The position numbers were made by a program, and so were the translations under genes. A stretch of DNA of 64,000 bases from an uncultured Verrucomicrobiae bacterium (lineage in GTDB: Bacteria > Verrucomicrobiota > Verrucomicrobiia > Chthoniobacterales > UBA10450). The stretch is from the NCBI GenBank assembly GCA_963801815.1, contig CAWDGJ010000003.1, positions 672,001 through 736,000 of the forward strand. The letters run 5' to 3'. A model generated the notes under the pieces. The model did not search any database and was not told where the DNA came from. It was given only the letters and a program-made list of their open reading frames with translations. Positions within the stretch are counted from its first letter, which is position 1. Every line of letters starts with the position of its first letter. This document shows, piece after piece, positions 18,682-28,775 of this stretch.

Positions 18682-21027
18682 ATGAACCACGAGCGTCCGG
18701 TGATTGATCCGAGAAATCCGCCTAACGAAATGCCGGACATCGTTGGTGCGAAACCGACAGAGTCGCATCGCAGGCCGTTTCGTCCGTTTATTTTGGCTGC
18801 GACTCGAATGCGTGAGTTGACGCCGGTGCCGCTGATTGTCGGCACGATTCTCGGCATGATCTTCGGTGCATCATCGCTCTACCTTGTCTTGAAGGTCGGA
18901 CTGACAGTGAGTGCTTCGATTCCGGTGGCAGTCATCTCGATCACACTCTTCCGGCTGCTTTCGAAATTCGGTATGCGTGACGCGACGATTCTCGAAAACA
19001 ACATCGTGCAAACTGCCGGTTCGGCGGGTGAATCAATTGCTTTCGGCCTGGGCGTGACCATGCCCGCGATCCTGATTCTCGGATTCGATCTTGAAATCAC
19101 GCGTGTGCTGCTGGTCGGGGTGCTCGGCGGATTGTTGGGCATTCTGATGATGATTCCGTTGCGCCGGGCGTTGATTGTCGATCAACATGGTCTTCTCAAG
19201 TATCCGGAAGGGACTGCCTGTGCTGAGGTGCTCAAGGCTGCCGCTTCCCGCGACGGAATGGAAGCGAAGCGCGAAGACGAGGCGGTCACAGGCGGTCGAA
19301 CGATTTTCACAGGATTTGGAATCGGATTCATGTATCAGGCCGCGATGAATGCTTTCGATGCCTGGAAGAATACGCCCGAAAAAATCTTCGGAGCGCCATT
19401 CAAAGCGGGATCCATTTCGATGACGATTGAGCCCGCGTTGTTAGGCGTTGGTTATATCATTGGACCGAGGATCGCTTCGATCATGTGCGCAGGCGGTGTG
19501 CTCTCCTATCTGGTGTTGATTCCGGCGATTAAATTTTTTGGCGAAAGCTCAGTCGCGATCATTCCGCCCGGCACCACGCCGATTGCCGGAATGTCGCCGG
19601 ACGACATTCGCGAAGCCTACGTCCTTTACATCGGCGCGGGTGCGGTCGCAGCCGGAGGAATCATCAGCATGGTTCGCTCGTTCCCGCTCATCTGGCACGG
19701 GATCAAGAGCGGGCTGGCCGATCTTCGCGGTACACGACATCGAGACAACGCGGCGCCGCGCACTGAACAAGATTTGTCGATGAGATTTGTGATTGGCGGC
19801 GTAATCGCACTCCTCGTCCTGATTATGGCGGCGCCGCAACTTCATCTGCAATGGAACCTGTTCGGCGCTTTTCTGATCGTTGTGATCGGTTTTCTCTTTA
19901 CTACTGTGTCATCGCACCTGACCGGTGAGCTCGGTTCATCCTCATGTCCGACTTCTGGAATGACGGTGGCAACATTGCTGCTGACATGTCTGGCGTTTCT
20001 GCTAGTCGGCTGGACTGGGCCGCAATACTTCGTCACCGCGCTCTCGATCGGCGGAATTGTCTGCATCGCTTCCTCGAATGGCGGCACCATCTCGCAGGAC
20101 TTGAAGACCGGTTTCCTCATCGGCTCGACCCCGAAGTCTCAACAAATCGCGATTCTCTGCGGCACTCTCGCCTCGGCGGTCGTGCTGGGCCCGATTCTGC
20201 TGAAGTTGAACGATGCCTACACGGTTTATGTTCCAGCGGCGCAACTTGATTCCGCCACAGCCGGGTTCCATGCTCCGCCTAACGAATTCGGAGTCACGGA
20301 AAAATTAACCGGCCCACAGGGCGTGGAGGACCAAAACAGTTACCACGTTTGGAACCGCCTCGATCCTTCCGGCGGGCCCGCGCAACGTTTTCTGGTGAAG
20401 AACGACGGTAGGGTTGCCTATCTGGTCGACCCGGGAATTAACGGCACCCACAAAACGCGGCCAGACGGCAGCTCGGTGGAAAAATTCGACGCGCCGAAGG
20501 CAACGCTGATGTCGTACATTATTAAAGGGATTCTCAGCCACAAATTGCCGTGGGCCCTGGTGTTGTTAGGCGTAACGATCGCAATCAGCCTCGAGCTGAG
20601 CGGAATCCCGTCGCTTGCGTTTGCGGTTGGTGTTTATTTGCCGCTGGCGTCATCGACTCCCATCTTCGTCGGCGGAATGGTGCGGTGGCTGGTCGATCGT
20701 TGGTTGCGCCGCACCAAATTTCATGGCCACTCCTTGACCGAGGAAGAATTGGTCGCGGAAGGCGACAAGAGTCCGGGCGTATTGCTTGCGTCGGGTTACA
20801 TCGCAGGCGGCGCGCTCGCGGGCATCATCATTGCATTCATGGCTGGCGTTCCGAGTCTCATTGGCTTCAGCAAACGACTCGAAGCGTGGTCAACCGCGAA
20901 TAATCCATTGTTTGGCGGAGCAAACGCTGACTTCCTTGCGCTCCTTCCGTTCACTGGCCTGTGCGTCCTGCTTTATTTTGTGGGACGCGACGCGGTTCTC
21001 GTCAATCGCCAACGACGTCGTATCTAA
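18682..21027 (+). CDS. OPT family oligopeptide transporter
   Basis: KVGLTVSASIP, LENNIVQTAGSAGES, YPEGTACAEVL, QDLKTG. Confidence 0.93.
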   Translation: MNHERPVIDPRNPPNEMPDIVGAKPTESHRRPFRPFILAATRMRELTPVPLIVGTILGMIFGASSLYLVLKVGLTVSASIPVAVISITLFRLLSKFGMRDATILENNIVQTAGSAGESIAFGLGVTMPAILILGFDLEITRVLLVGVLGGLLGILMMIPLRRALIVDQHGLLKYPEGTACAEVLKAAASRDGMEAKREDEAVTGGRTIFTGFGIGFMYQAAMNAFDAWKNTPEKIFGAPFKAGSISMTIEPALLGVGYIIGPRIASIMCAGGVLSYLVLIPAIKFFGESSVAIIPPGTTPIAGMSPDDIREAYVLYIGAGAVAAGGIISMVRSFPLIWHGIKSGLADLRGTRHRDNAAPRTEQDLSMRFVIGGVIALLVLIMAAPQLHLQWNLFGAFLIVVIGFLFTTVSSHLTGELGSSSCPTSGMTVATLLLTCLAFLLVGWTGPQYFVTALSIGGIVCIASSNGGTISQDLKTGFLIGSTPKSQQIAILCGTLASAVVLGPILLKLNDAYTVYVPAAQLDSATAGFHAPPNEFGVTEKLTGPQGVEDQNSYHVWNRLDPSGGPAQRFLVKNDGRVAYLVDPGINGTHKTRPDGSSVEKFDAPKATLMSYIIKGILSHKLPWALVLLGVTIAISLELSGIPSLAFAVGVYLPLASSTPIFVGGMVRWLVDRWLRRTKFHGHSLTEEELVAEGDKSPGVLLASGYIAGGALAGIIIAFMAGVPSLIGFSKRLEAWSTANNPLFGGANADFLALLPFTGLCVLLYFVGRDAVLVNRQRRRI

Positions 21028-21052
21028 ACATTAAGAATTCTCACCGCTGAGG

Positions 21053-21616
21053 TCACGGAGCCCGTTCAGAAGAAATGCTAGCGGGTTGATAGATATGATC
21101 GCTCTCGACGTCGAAGACGCGGTTCCAGCGCGCACGGTAATTCTCAAAAGCAATCTGCGCGCTTAGTTGCATCAACTGTTCTTCCGAGAATTGTTTGCGC
21201 AGGCGTGCGTAGAGATCGTCGGAAATATTTGCTGGCGCGGTCACCATTGCGTCCGCCAATTCGATCACGAGGCGCTCGACCTCATTGAAGATGGACAGGT
21301 CGTCGCCCAAGACGGCGCGAAGCTTCTCATCGGTCAAACCGGCCTTTCTGCCCACGGCAGAATTAATATCTATTCAGAATGGACAACCGATCCGTGCGGC
21401 GGTGCGGACTTTGCCGAGCTGAAAGTAGCGCAATGAAACCAACCGTTTCCAGCCGAGAGCCGCCTCCATGGCAATGCCGCCCCAGACAATTCCAGGCACG
21501 CGCATCTGAATCTTTGCCGGGGTAAACTCTTTGCCGAACATTTTTCGCATGACTCCGTAGAACCAGCGCAGGTGCCACGGCGCCTGTTTTCTCTCGAGTC
21601 CTTTAATCCTGGCCAT
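21053..21616 (-). CDS. AhpD/carboxymuconolactone decarboxylase-like protein, probable selenoprotein (UGA at codon 81)
   Basis: ORFs 21374..21616 and 21053..21355 are in frame; junction RIGCPF-TGA-IDINSAVGR gives CxxU. Confidence 0.85.
21346..21362 (-). promoter_or_regulatory. Candidate bacterial SECIS hairpin
   Basis: UUCUGCC-GUG-GGCAGAA, starting 11 nt after the in-frame UGA. Confidence 0.7.
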
Positions 21617-21707
21617 GTGTCACTCCCCGATAAAGTATCGCGTTGTGAATCAATAATGGTCGCTAGAAACAGGTGTTGAGGAGCTGAGAGGTTGAGAAGT
21701 TGAGACG

Positions 21708-22421
21708 TTAACGCAAAATATGGCTCGCAACGATTCCGCTGACGGAATCCTGCAACGCGTGTGCAATCATGCCCGGTCGCAGACTTTTCCTCCAATGCGC
21801 CAGGAGGCCGAGCATGATCGCTAACACAGCAATCAGCACCACATATCTCCACCCTTGATATGCGTGACCGAGCGCGAAGACGACAGCCTGTAGAGTAATT
21901 CCGCCGACGAAGTTTTGTGTCAGCGCAGAGAACTGGCGTTGCAGATAGCCACGATAGATCAGTTCCTCGCAAAAGCCGGCCGTCAAACATGTCGCCAAAT
22001 AAAACGCGACTTCAACCGGCCCGTGCGGAAGCAGATTGCGGATCGCCTGGTTCGGACTGGCTTTGACGAAATGATTAAGGCCAGTCGTCACGGTGCCCAC
22101 GACGATGAGAAACGCGATCGCGATCAGAAGATCGCGGAGAATCTGAACCGGCCTCGCCCACCTGCCGCCCACCAGATCCGCGATTCGGACGTTTCGTTGC
22201 TGGACGCCGAACCAAATGAACGCGACCACCGCCCATTCGAAGATAATGACGGCGATATACGCGACTGCGCGGCCAATATTCGGACTGAGTGGACTCAGAC
22301 TTCCGGCGCGAGCACTGGCAAATGAAAACCCGAACAGAATAAGCAGCAGAAGAACGGTATGCCACGCGGGCGCGATCGCGCCTCGTTGGAGTGAATCATC
22401 ACCGGTCAAATTAGAAGTCAT
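21708..22421 (-). CDS. CPBP/CAAX (Abi) family intramembrane metalloprotease
   Basis: GFCEELIYRG, FALGHAYQ, AHALQD. Confidence 0.9.
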   Translation of the reverse strand: MTSNLTGDDSLQRGAIAPAWHTVLLLLILFGFSFASARAGSLSPLSPNIGRAVAYIAVIIFEWAVVAFIWFGVQQRNVRIADLVGGRWARPVQILRDLLIAIAFLIVVGTVTTGLNHFVKASPNQAIRNLLPHGPVEVAFYLATCLTAGFCEELIYRGYLQRQFSALTQNFVGGITLQAVVFALGHAYQGWRYVVLIAVLAIMLGLLAHWRKSLRPGMIAHALQDSVSGIVASHILR

Positions 22422-22454
22422 GGTCTCAAAATGGAAACACCGAACGCAACCGCG

Positions 22455-23432
22455 TTAGATGCCGTCATGGACTAGTTTGGTGAAGACGTCGCCGGTGATA
22501 AACGAGGTCGCCCATTTTGCGTCGTAGGCGGCGGTCGGCTTTGCGGCAATGATTTCGTCGAGCGATTTGCCTTCCTTCTTCAACGCGACAACGCGGTCGC
22601 GAATTGTAACCAGCATGTCGCGATATTCCGTCAGGTCCGGTTTGCCACCAATCTTGCCGTGTCCGGGGATGACGATGGTTTTCTCTCCGGCCTTGGCGAG
22701 GTTCCACTCGGCGGCCTTGATCATGCCGTTGATATGTCCGCCGGTGGAGTAATCGATGAACGGGTAGTGGCCGTTCCACCAGGTATCGCCGCAGTGAAGG
22801 ACATCGGGTTCGACAAAGTAGGCGGAGATGTCGCCATCGGTATGACTCGGCCCGTAGTAAGCGAGGACGATGGCGGTACTATTAAGATGAAGCGTTTTCT
22901 CCTTATCGAAGACTTCGGCGGGAATCGCCCCGGCGGGGGACGGCGGAAATGTGTAATTCCAAGCTTCTACCCGCGTAGTGGTGGAAAGATGTTTCCGAGT
23001 ATTCTCGTGGGCCAGAACCGCGGCGCCGTCCGCGTGCATCCATTCGTTGCCGTCGGTGTGGTCGAAATGCCAATGCGTATTCACCAGATGCCTGATCGGC
23101 CCGGGACTGATGCCCGCCAGAGCCTCGGTGATCTTCGGACGCGAAGTAGCATAACCGGAATCAACGATGAACTTGCCCTCCGCGCCGGCCAGAACGGCAA
23201 TGTTTCCACCCGAACCGATCAGAGCAGTGACGTTGCCGCGCAAGGTTTGGGCGGTAATCGCGGCGGTCTCGGCGTGTTTACGTGCCGTGGCGACGATATT
23301 TTCCTCTTCGGCGAAGAGCGCACGGGGAGAAATCCAGGTCGCAGTTGTCAGAATCCCGGCTGATACGATGAAGCGCCGGCGAGAAACGGGAGTGACTTGC
23401 AGCGAGTCGGTGACGAGTTTAGGCAGGCGCAT
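22455..23432 (-). CDS. MBL-fold metallohydrolase with Tat-like signal
   Basis: THWHFDHTDGN, HTDGD, GD, PGHG; SRRRFI. Confidence 0.9.
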   Translation of the reverse strand: MRLPKLVTDSLQVTPVSRRRFIVSAGILTTATWISPRALFAEEENIVATARKHAETAAITAQTLRGNVTALIGSGGNIAVLAGAEGKFIVDSGYATSRPKITEALAGISPGPIRHLVNTHWHFDHTDGNEWMHADGAAVLAHENTRKHLSTTTRVEAWNYTFPPSPAGAIPAEVFDKEKTLHLNSTAIVLAYYGPSHTDGDISAYFVEPDVLHCGDTWWNGHYPFIDYSTGGHINGMIKAAEWNLAKAGEKTIVIPGHGKIGGKPDLTEYRDMLVTIRDRVVALKKEGKSLDEIIAAKPTAAYDAKWATSFITGDVFTKLVHDGI

Positions 23433-23462
23433 ATAAATAGTGTAGAGCCTAAACCACAACGC

Positions 23463-24107
23463 TCAACGCTGGGCGGATAAATGGGCGTCGACCCTGGCCA
23501 GCGGTTGGTAAAATCGCAACCCTTCGATGTTACTGTGGAGCTCGCGCAACGGGTAGAGACCTTTCGCCGCTCCGCCTCCAGGATCCTGGATAAGATAATC
23601 GAAGCCTTGTTTTCCAGCGATCACCACAAAATGTGTAATGCCATTTTGCAGCCGGACGCGGACGATCACCGGGTTTCCCCTGGCGAGATTGGAATCAATC
23701 AGGGCATATGACGGCAGATCTTCGTAGATATGACGGACACGATCGGGCGCGTACCATGCCGCGCGATCCCAATACAACCAGCCGCGATCGGTATAGCCGC
23801 CGACTCCGCTCAAAAACCAGTTCAACTGCTGGGGATCGACGTCGATGCCGTAGAATTTAAACACCATCGCCGCCGCGGCGACGGCGCACCCTTCGCCGCC
23901 GATTGTGCCGTTGTCCGCAACTCCGCCAAGAGGATCGTCACTCCATCTTTCGTCGCCCTGGCGAAATGAGGGCACGGCCAACTCAAGGCGGTGGAAAAAG
24001 TAACGACCACCGCGCGGCGAAATCTGGCGTCGCCAATTCCAGTCGATAGCGACTGCAACAATGGCGACCAGTAGGAGCGCGACGAAGAAGGCAAGGAAAC
24101 GTTTCAA
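23463..24107 (-). CDS. C39-like peptidase domain protein
   Basis: N-terminal TM; FRQ...GCAV, HFVVI, IQDP; start (TTG) uncertain. Confidence 0.75.
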   Translation of the reverse strand: MKRFLAFFVALLLVAIVAVAIDWNWRRQISPRGGRYFFHRLELAVPSFRQGDERWSDDPLGGVADNGTIGGEGCAVAAAAMVFKFYGIDVDPQQLNWFLSGVGGYTDRGWLYWDRAAWYAPDRVRHIYEDLPSYALIDSNLARGNPVIVRVRLQNGITHFVVIAGKQGFDYLIQDPGGGAAKGLYPLRELHSNIEGLRFYQPLARVDAHLSAQR

Positions 24108-24173
24108 GGTTCTCAAACTGTAAAAGCGGTTGTTTGAGTCGCAAAACTGAAAAGCGGGCAACTGCTGATTGCT

Positions 24174-24701
24174 CTAGCGGTCAGCATCAAGAATCTTGAC
24201 GACTTTCTCGATCGTATTCCAATTGCGCACCGTGCCCGGGACACCAAGAATCTTCTCGATTCTGCCGAGGTAGCTGATCGCTTTCATTTCCCGACGATAA
24301 ATACCGAGCACGAGCCGGCTTGGTATCGCGATGATTTTGAGCAGCCAATCATCGGGAGAGGGGAGACAAAGTGGAAGAACTGGCAGTTTTCCCGGTCGTT
24401 TGTGCAAAACACTCATGAACCGGGTGATTTCCGGACCGGACGGCTGGCGCGCGAACGGATCTTTTCGCGCCACCTCGAGAATCGTTTTCGCGGGACAAAT
24501 CATGATTTCACATTTGAACGGCAACTTCTTCGCGATCGCGTTTCGCAGGACCGCTTCACTGATATTGTCGCGGACTACGAATGTTCCGACCGCGCCGATA
24601 TTCACGATGTCGAATTTCGGCAGCTGCTTCACTAATTGCGCGGGTTTGCAAAGATTGGCGCCGCCTACGTTGATGGCACGGAGAAAGACAACGGAAGCCA
24701 C
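24174..24701 (-). CDS. DUF1697 family protein
   Basis: VVFLRAINVGG and TVRNWNTI motifs. Confidence 0.85.
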   Translation of the reverse strand: MASVVFLRAINVGGANLCKPAQLVKQLPKFDIVNIGAVGTFVVRDNISEAVLRNAIAKKLPFKCEIMICPAKTILEVARKDPFARQPSGPEITRFMSVLHKRPGKLPVLPLCLPSPDDWLLKIIAIPSRLVLGIYRREMKAISYLGRIEKILGVPGTVRNWNTIEKVVKILDADR

Positions 24702-24899
24702 GGACTAAGTAAGAAGGAAGAATTAAAAATTAGGAAGTGGATTCCGGTGCACCAAGGGCGGCGTCTTGCTAAGAGTCCGCCGCAACCGAAGTCGCCAATA
24801 AGCAAGGATTTAGACTCGACGAACAGCGAGTTTCGTCGGCAGACTATTGGATATTTAGAGGGCGACGATGGGGCAGCAGAAAAACCGAAATTAAAACCT

Positions 24900-25190
24900 A
24901 TGGATATCACAAGCTTAATCGTTGAAGCGGTCAGTGGGGCGGTCGGTGGCAATGTCGCCGGCGCGGTATTGAAGGACAAAAGTCTGGGAGCAATTGGAAA
25001 TTCAATTGCCGGAGTTGTCGGCGGTGGAATCGGCGGAACGATCCTCCAAACAATCATGGGCTCGGCGGCGGCCGGCGGCGGTGGAATGGATATGCAAAGC
25101 ATCCTGTCCAACGTCGGTGGCGGCGGAGTTGGGGGCGCGATTCTCATGATCATTGTCGGCTTCATCAAGGACCGGATGTCGAAGACGTAA
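24900..25190 (+). CDS. Small glycine-rich membrane protein
   Basis: SGAVGGNVAG...SLG..GNSIAG..GGG.GG. Confidence 0.8.
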   Translation: MDITSLIVEAVSGAVGGNVAGAVLKDKSLGAIGNSIAGVVGGGIGGTILQTIMGSAAAGGGGMDMQSILSNVGGGGVGGAILMIIVGFIKDRMSKT

Positions 25191-25271
25191 GGAAGGTCCT
25201 CTCCGCTCATCGGTTGGTTTCGGCGCGTTGCGGCTTGTTTCGCCGCGCGATGCCGGATAGTTAATCGCTGC

Positions 25272-25982
25272 ATGGTGCGCTTCATCGAACCGCGAGACCG
25301 CGATTTCGCTGGATTCCGGTTGCGCGGGCGCGAGGTGACTCGACTGGAGTCTTTCAGTGACGCGGTCTTCGGCTTTGCCCTCACGCTACTGGTGGTTTCG
25401 CTCGACGTGCCGAAATCGTTCGACGACTTAGTGGGCACGATGCGCGGATTTCCGGCGTTCGCGATTTGTTTTCTGTTGCTGGCGTTGATTTGGAACAGTC
25501 ATTACAAATTCTGCCGGCGTTACGGGCTCGACGATGGCACGGCGCGGTTTCTGACCTGCGTGATGCTGTTTCTGGTCCTGTTCTACGTCTATCCGCTTAA
25601 GTTTCTTTTCAATTTCAGCATTACCGGCCTGCTTTTCGGCGCCGGTCAGCCGGTGTCGATGACCGGTTCGCAATTTTCCACGTTGCTGGTGATTTACGGC
25701 CTCGGCTTCTCCGCGGTTTATTGTGCGATGGGGCTGCTCTATCTGCACGCCTGGCGTTTGCGTGAGGCGCTTGAGCTGAATGAGTTGGAGAAGTTCGACA
25801 CCCGTTTCGTGCTGTTTCGACTGTTGACGCTGGTCGGGTTTGGAGTGATCGCCGCCGGTCTCGCCTGCATTCCAGCGTTCAGAAACTGGAGTGCGATGTT
25901 CTACATCCTTCTTTTTCCGATCCTGCGGATCTCGCGGGTGATTCATCGTCGCCGCCGGGCGCGGCACGTGCCGGCCGTCTAA
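25272..25982 (+). CDS. TMEM175/DUF1211 family potassium channel-like protein
   Basis: RLESFSDAVFGFALTLLV signature. Confidence 0.88.
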   Translation: MVRFIEPRDRDFAGFRLRGREVTRLESFSDAVFGFALTLLVVSLDVPKSFDDLVGTMRGFPAFAICFLLLALIWNSHYKFCRRYGLDDGTARFLTCVMLFLVLFYVYPLKFLFNFSITGLLFGAGQPVSMTGSQFSTLLVIYGLGFSAVYCAMGLLYLHAWRLREALELNELEKFDTRFVLFRLLTLVGFGVIAAGLACIPAFRNWSAMFYILLFPILRISRVIHRRRRARHVPAV

Positions 25983-26073
25983 CGCCCGCACGCCGGGATT
26001 TCTCGGAAGAAATTAAAATAAAATCCGCGGCCGCACCGTCGAACGATAGAAATACAGAAGGGAACAAAGGAAT

Positions 26074-26631
26074 ATGAAATCACTATTAATAGCGATGGGG
26101 CTTGCCGTCGCTTTGACTGTCGGCGCGCAGACAACGACCGACGAACAACAGCAGCAGCCCCAGCAGAAAGAGAAAAACAAAACCGAAGAAAACGTTCAGC
26201 CTGGTAAGACGAAGGAAAACGTCCAGAAACAAAACGTTCAGCCGACTGAGCGAGCGCGAACGCAGACCAACGTTGAGAAAGATGTCAATAAGCCGGAAGG
26301 CGCCAAAGTCAGAAGCGAAGAAAAAGTTCGCGGCGACGAACAACATTCCGGCGCTCGCGTTGACGAACGTGGCGAGGTGTCACACTCCACCACGGTCTTT
26401 CGGAATGGACGCGAAACACACGAAAGCCTCGCGTTGCATCGCGGTTTCCGCGATCGAAGTGACGTTCACTTCAGCATCGGGACCCACCCACGAGATTGGT
26501 GGTTGAGGACTTATTCCATCGTCGTGATGGACGGCTGCCATTATTATCTGGCAGACAACGGTTGCTGGTACCCGGCCTACGGGTTTGATCCAAGCTGCAA
26601 TTATACGGATGGCGTAGTCTTCTGCGAATAA
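26074..26631 (+). CDS. Secreted hypothetical protein with low-complexity N-terminus and aromatic/Cys-rich C-terminus
   Basis: Signal peptide, Gln-rich region, CWYPAYGFDP. Confidence 0.75.
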   Translation: MKSLLIAMGLAVALTVGAQTTTDEQQQQPQQKEKNKTEENVQPGKTKENVQKQNVQPTERARTQTNVEKDVNKPEGAKVRSEEKVRGDEQHSGARVDERGEVSHSTTVFRNGRETHESLALHRGFRDRSDVHFSIGTHPRDWWLRTYSIVVMDGCHYYLADNGCWYPAYGFDPSCNYTDGVVFCE

Positions 26632-26647
26632 ATCGCAGTTAATTCAT

Positions 26648-26676
26648 CGGGCGCGCCCTTTTGAGGGGCGCGTCCG
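26648..26676. terminator. Probable bidirectional terminator hairpin
   Basis: cgggcgcgccctt-ttg-aggggcgcgtccg between convergent genes. Confidence 0.6.
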
Positions 26677-26685
26677 TTTCATTTG

Positions 26686-27021
26686 TTACTGGGTGAGATT
26701 CGTCTGAATGAATTTCGGACTGGCATGGATGTCGATCTGTTTCAGCGCGCCGGTTCCGGAATTCACGAATCGGTGCGGCGTGTTCGCCGGGATTACTACG
26801 ATGCCGCCGGTTCTCACTTCTCGGGTTTCGTCTCCAACTGTGATCGCAGCGGTCCCTTCGAGCGTGAACGCAATCTCGACGTAGGGGTGCGTGTGCAACG
26901 GTGGACCCTGGCCCGGCCCGGCGTTCACGATATAAGCAGAAATTGGCGCGCCGTGTTTTTCGCCGTGAAATTCGTGCGACATTCCGACAAAGGGCAGTTG
27001 CTGAAGATCGAGAAAGCTCAT
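26686..27021 (-). CDS. Cupin domain protein
   Basis: GPPLHTHPYVE, PANTPHRF. Confidence 0.88.
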   Translation of the reverse strand: MSFLDLQQLPFVGMSHEFHGEKHGAPISAYIVNAGPGQGPPLHTHPYVEIAFTLEGTAAITVGDETREVRTGGIVVIPANTPHRFVNSGTGALKQIDIHASPKFIQTNLTQ

Positions 27022-27190
27022 TTCTGAATTTAAGTGACAAGTGCCCTGTGACGAGTGACAAGTTCAGGCCTGACTTGTAATGGGACGTTGATGGCTGCCA
27101 CGACTGAGATTTCTGGCGCATTAAACTTGTCGATGTTCAAGACGGAAAATTAATTTGTAACGAATTGGCGGCAAACACGTCTCATAATTA

Positions 27191-28420
27191 ATGGCAGGGG
27201 TTTCTTGTTTTGGATGGGGCCAGACGACTGCAGATCGAGCGGACACTGCTGCGTCGGAGCGGGTCCTAGGTCGCGAGCGAACATCGGATTATCAGCCGCA
27301 GTTTGATGGTTTGCGCGCGCTTGCGGTGCTGACGGTAATGGTCGACCACTTCACGGCCGACGTCCCGAATTTTCCATTGCCGGACTGGATCCACCTCGGC
27401 GCGACGGGGGTGCGCCTCTTTCTGGTGTTAAGCGGCTACTTCATCACCGCATCGCTTCGCCGGGCGCGGGACCGAATGGAGACAACGGACTTGTCCGCCG
27501 GTCGAACGATCGGAGCGTTTTACTGGCGTCGCTTTCTCAGGATCACTCCCGCTTACTTCGTGTTCGCGGCCATCGCGATCATCTTCAATCTCGGCGCGAT
27601 CCGTGACAATTGGCCGTGGGTCTTTACCGGCACAGTGAACTGGATGATTGCGTGGAAAAATCAATGGCCGCTCACGATTTCGCATCTTTGGTCGATCTGC
27701 GTGCAGGAGCAATTCTATTTGTTTTGGCCGCTGTTGATCTTGTTCTTGCCCCGACGCTGGATGTTGCCGGCGATTCTCTCCGTGGCGATGATTGGAATCG
27801 GATTTCGAATCAGCTGCGTAGTTTTTTCGATGCCGGCGATTGCGCGCTGGGTCTTGCCCTTTGGCAGTCTGGATTCGCTCGCCGCGGGCGCGGCGCTGGG
27901 CTGGTGCGGCGGACGTTTGCGCGCAACCCGCGCCGGCTGGCTGTTTGCGGCGATTTGTTTGTCGATGTTAACTCTCGCTGCGGTGCTTCGGGCTGGGGAT
28001 CCGACAAAGTTGCGATCCGTCCTCGTTGAACCACTCGAGGCCGGCGCTTTTGCGGTTTTGGTCGCTCGCACTGTGACGGGATTCGATGGCGGCATCGGAC
28101 GTTTCCTTAGTCTTCCGGGTCTGGTCTTTGCCGGGCGGATCAGTTACGGCCTTTACATTTATCACGCTCTGGTGGCGATTGTGTTTAACCGCTGGTTGCC
28201 ATTGCCGCTGCGATTCATGATCACCGATCCGTCATTGCGTTTAATGGTGTTCGGAATGGGGACGGTTGCCGTCGCTGCTCTCTCCTGGCGTCTGCTTGAA
28301 CAACCAATCAGTCGTTTTCGCTCGAAGCGGGCAAGCCCCGTGCTTCGTCCGACAGTGATTCCAGACGAAAGCGACAAGAAGCGTTTTCTAATGGCTCAAG
28401 GTTTGCTGCCCGATAGGTAG
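27191..28420 (+). CDS. Acyltransferase family 3 (OafA-like)
   Basis: DGLRALAV, FLVLSGYFI, RRFLRITP, HLWS..VQEQFY, GRISYGLYIYH. Confidence 0.92.
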   Translation: MAGVSCFGWGQTTADRADTAASERVLGRERTSDYQPQFDGLRALAVLTVMVDHFTADVPNFPLPDWIHLGATGVRLFLVLSGYFITASLRRARDRMETTDLSAGRTIGAFYWRRFLRITPAYFVFAAIAIIFNLGAIRDNWPWVFTGTVNWMIAWKNQWPLTISHLWSICVQEQFYLFWPLLILFLPRRWMLPAILSVAMIGIGFRISCVVFSMPAIARWVLPFGSLDSLAAGAALGWCGGRLRATRAGWLFAAICLSMLTLAAVLRAGDPTKLRSVLVEPLEAGAFAVLVARTVTGFDGGIGRFLSLPGLVFAGRISYGLYIYHALVAIVFNRWLPLPLRFMITDPSLRLMVFGMGTVAVAALSWRLLEQPISRFRSKRASPVLRPTVIPDESDKKRFLMAQGLLPDR

Positions 28421-28422
28421 AA

Positions 28423-28611
28423 GTGAAGAATTTCCTGATAGGCGCGACGTTCGTTGCAGTAGGCATCTGGTACGTTGAGCGCGTAGTTCACCATCGCACA
28501 TCTTCGCCTGACGAAAGTCCACGGGGCGAGATCGTCGTTGCGAATGCTCCGGACGGATCACTGCAGGGGCGCTGGCAGAGTCCGACTCCGACTGCCACGC
28601 GCGCGAAGTAA
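28423..28611 (+). CDS. Small membrane-anchored hypothetical protein
   Basis: GTG start 2 nt after upstream stop; hydrophobic N-terminus. Confidence 0.45.
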   Translation: MKNFLIGATFVAVGIWYVERVVHHRTSSPDESPRGEIVVANAPDGSLQGRWQSPTPTATRAK

Positions 28612-28647
28612 TTCTTCTGCCTTTTTCTTCCCCTTGACAGCTTAGGG

Positions 28648-28704
28648 CTGCCAGCAAGACGTGCGATGAAGGTGGATCCAATGGTCGCGCTCCGCTGCGA
28701 GTAA
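28648..28704 (+). pseudogene. Orphan C-terminus of an ABC/MacB-FtsX-type permease
   Basis: Translates LPARRAMKVDPMVALRCE-stop, the typical permease terminal motif. Confidence 0.7.
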
Positions 28705-28775
28705 GCCCCGTGCATTGAAGCTTAGTTTATCGCGAGTATCTGCATGTCTCGCAGTCAGAGCACTTGTCACTTTTC

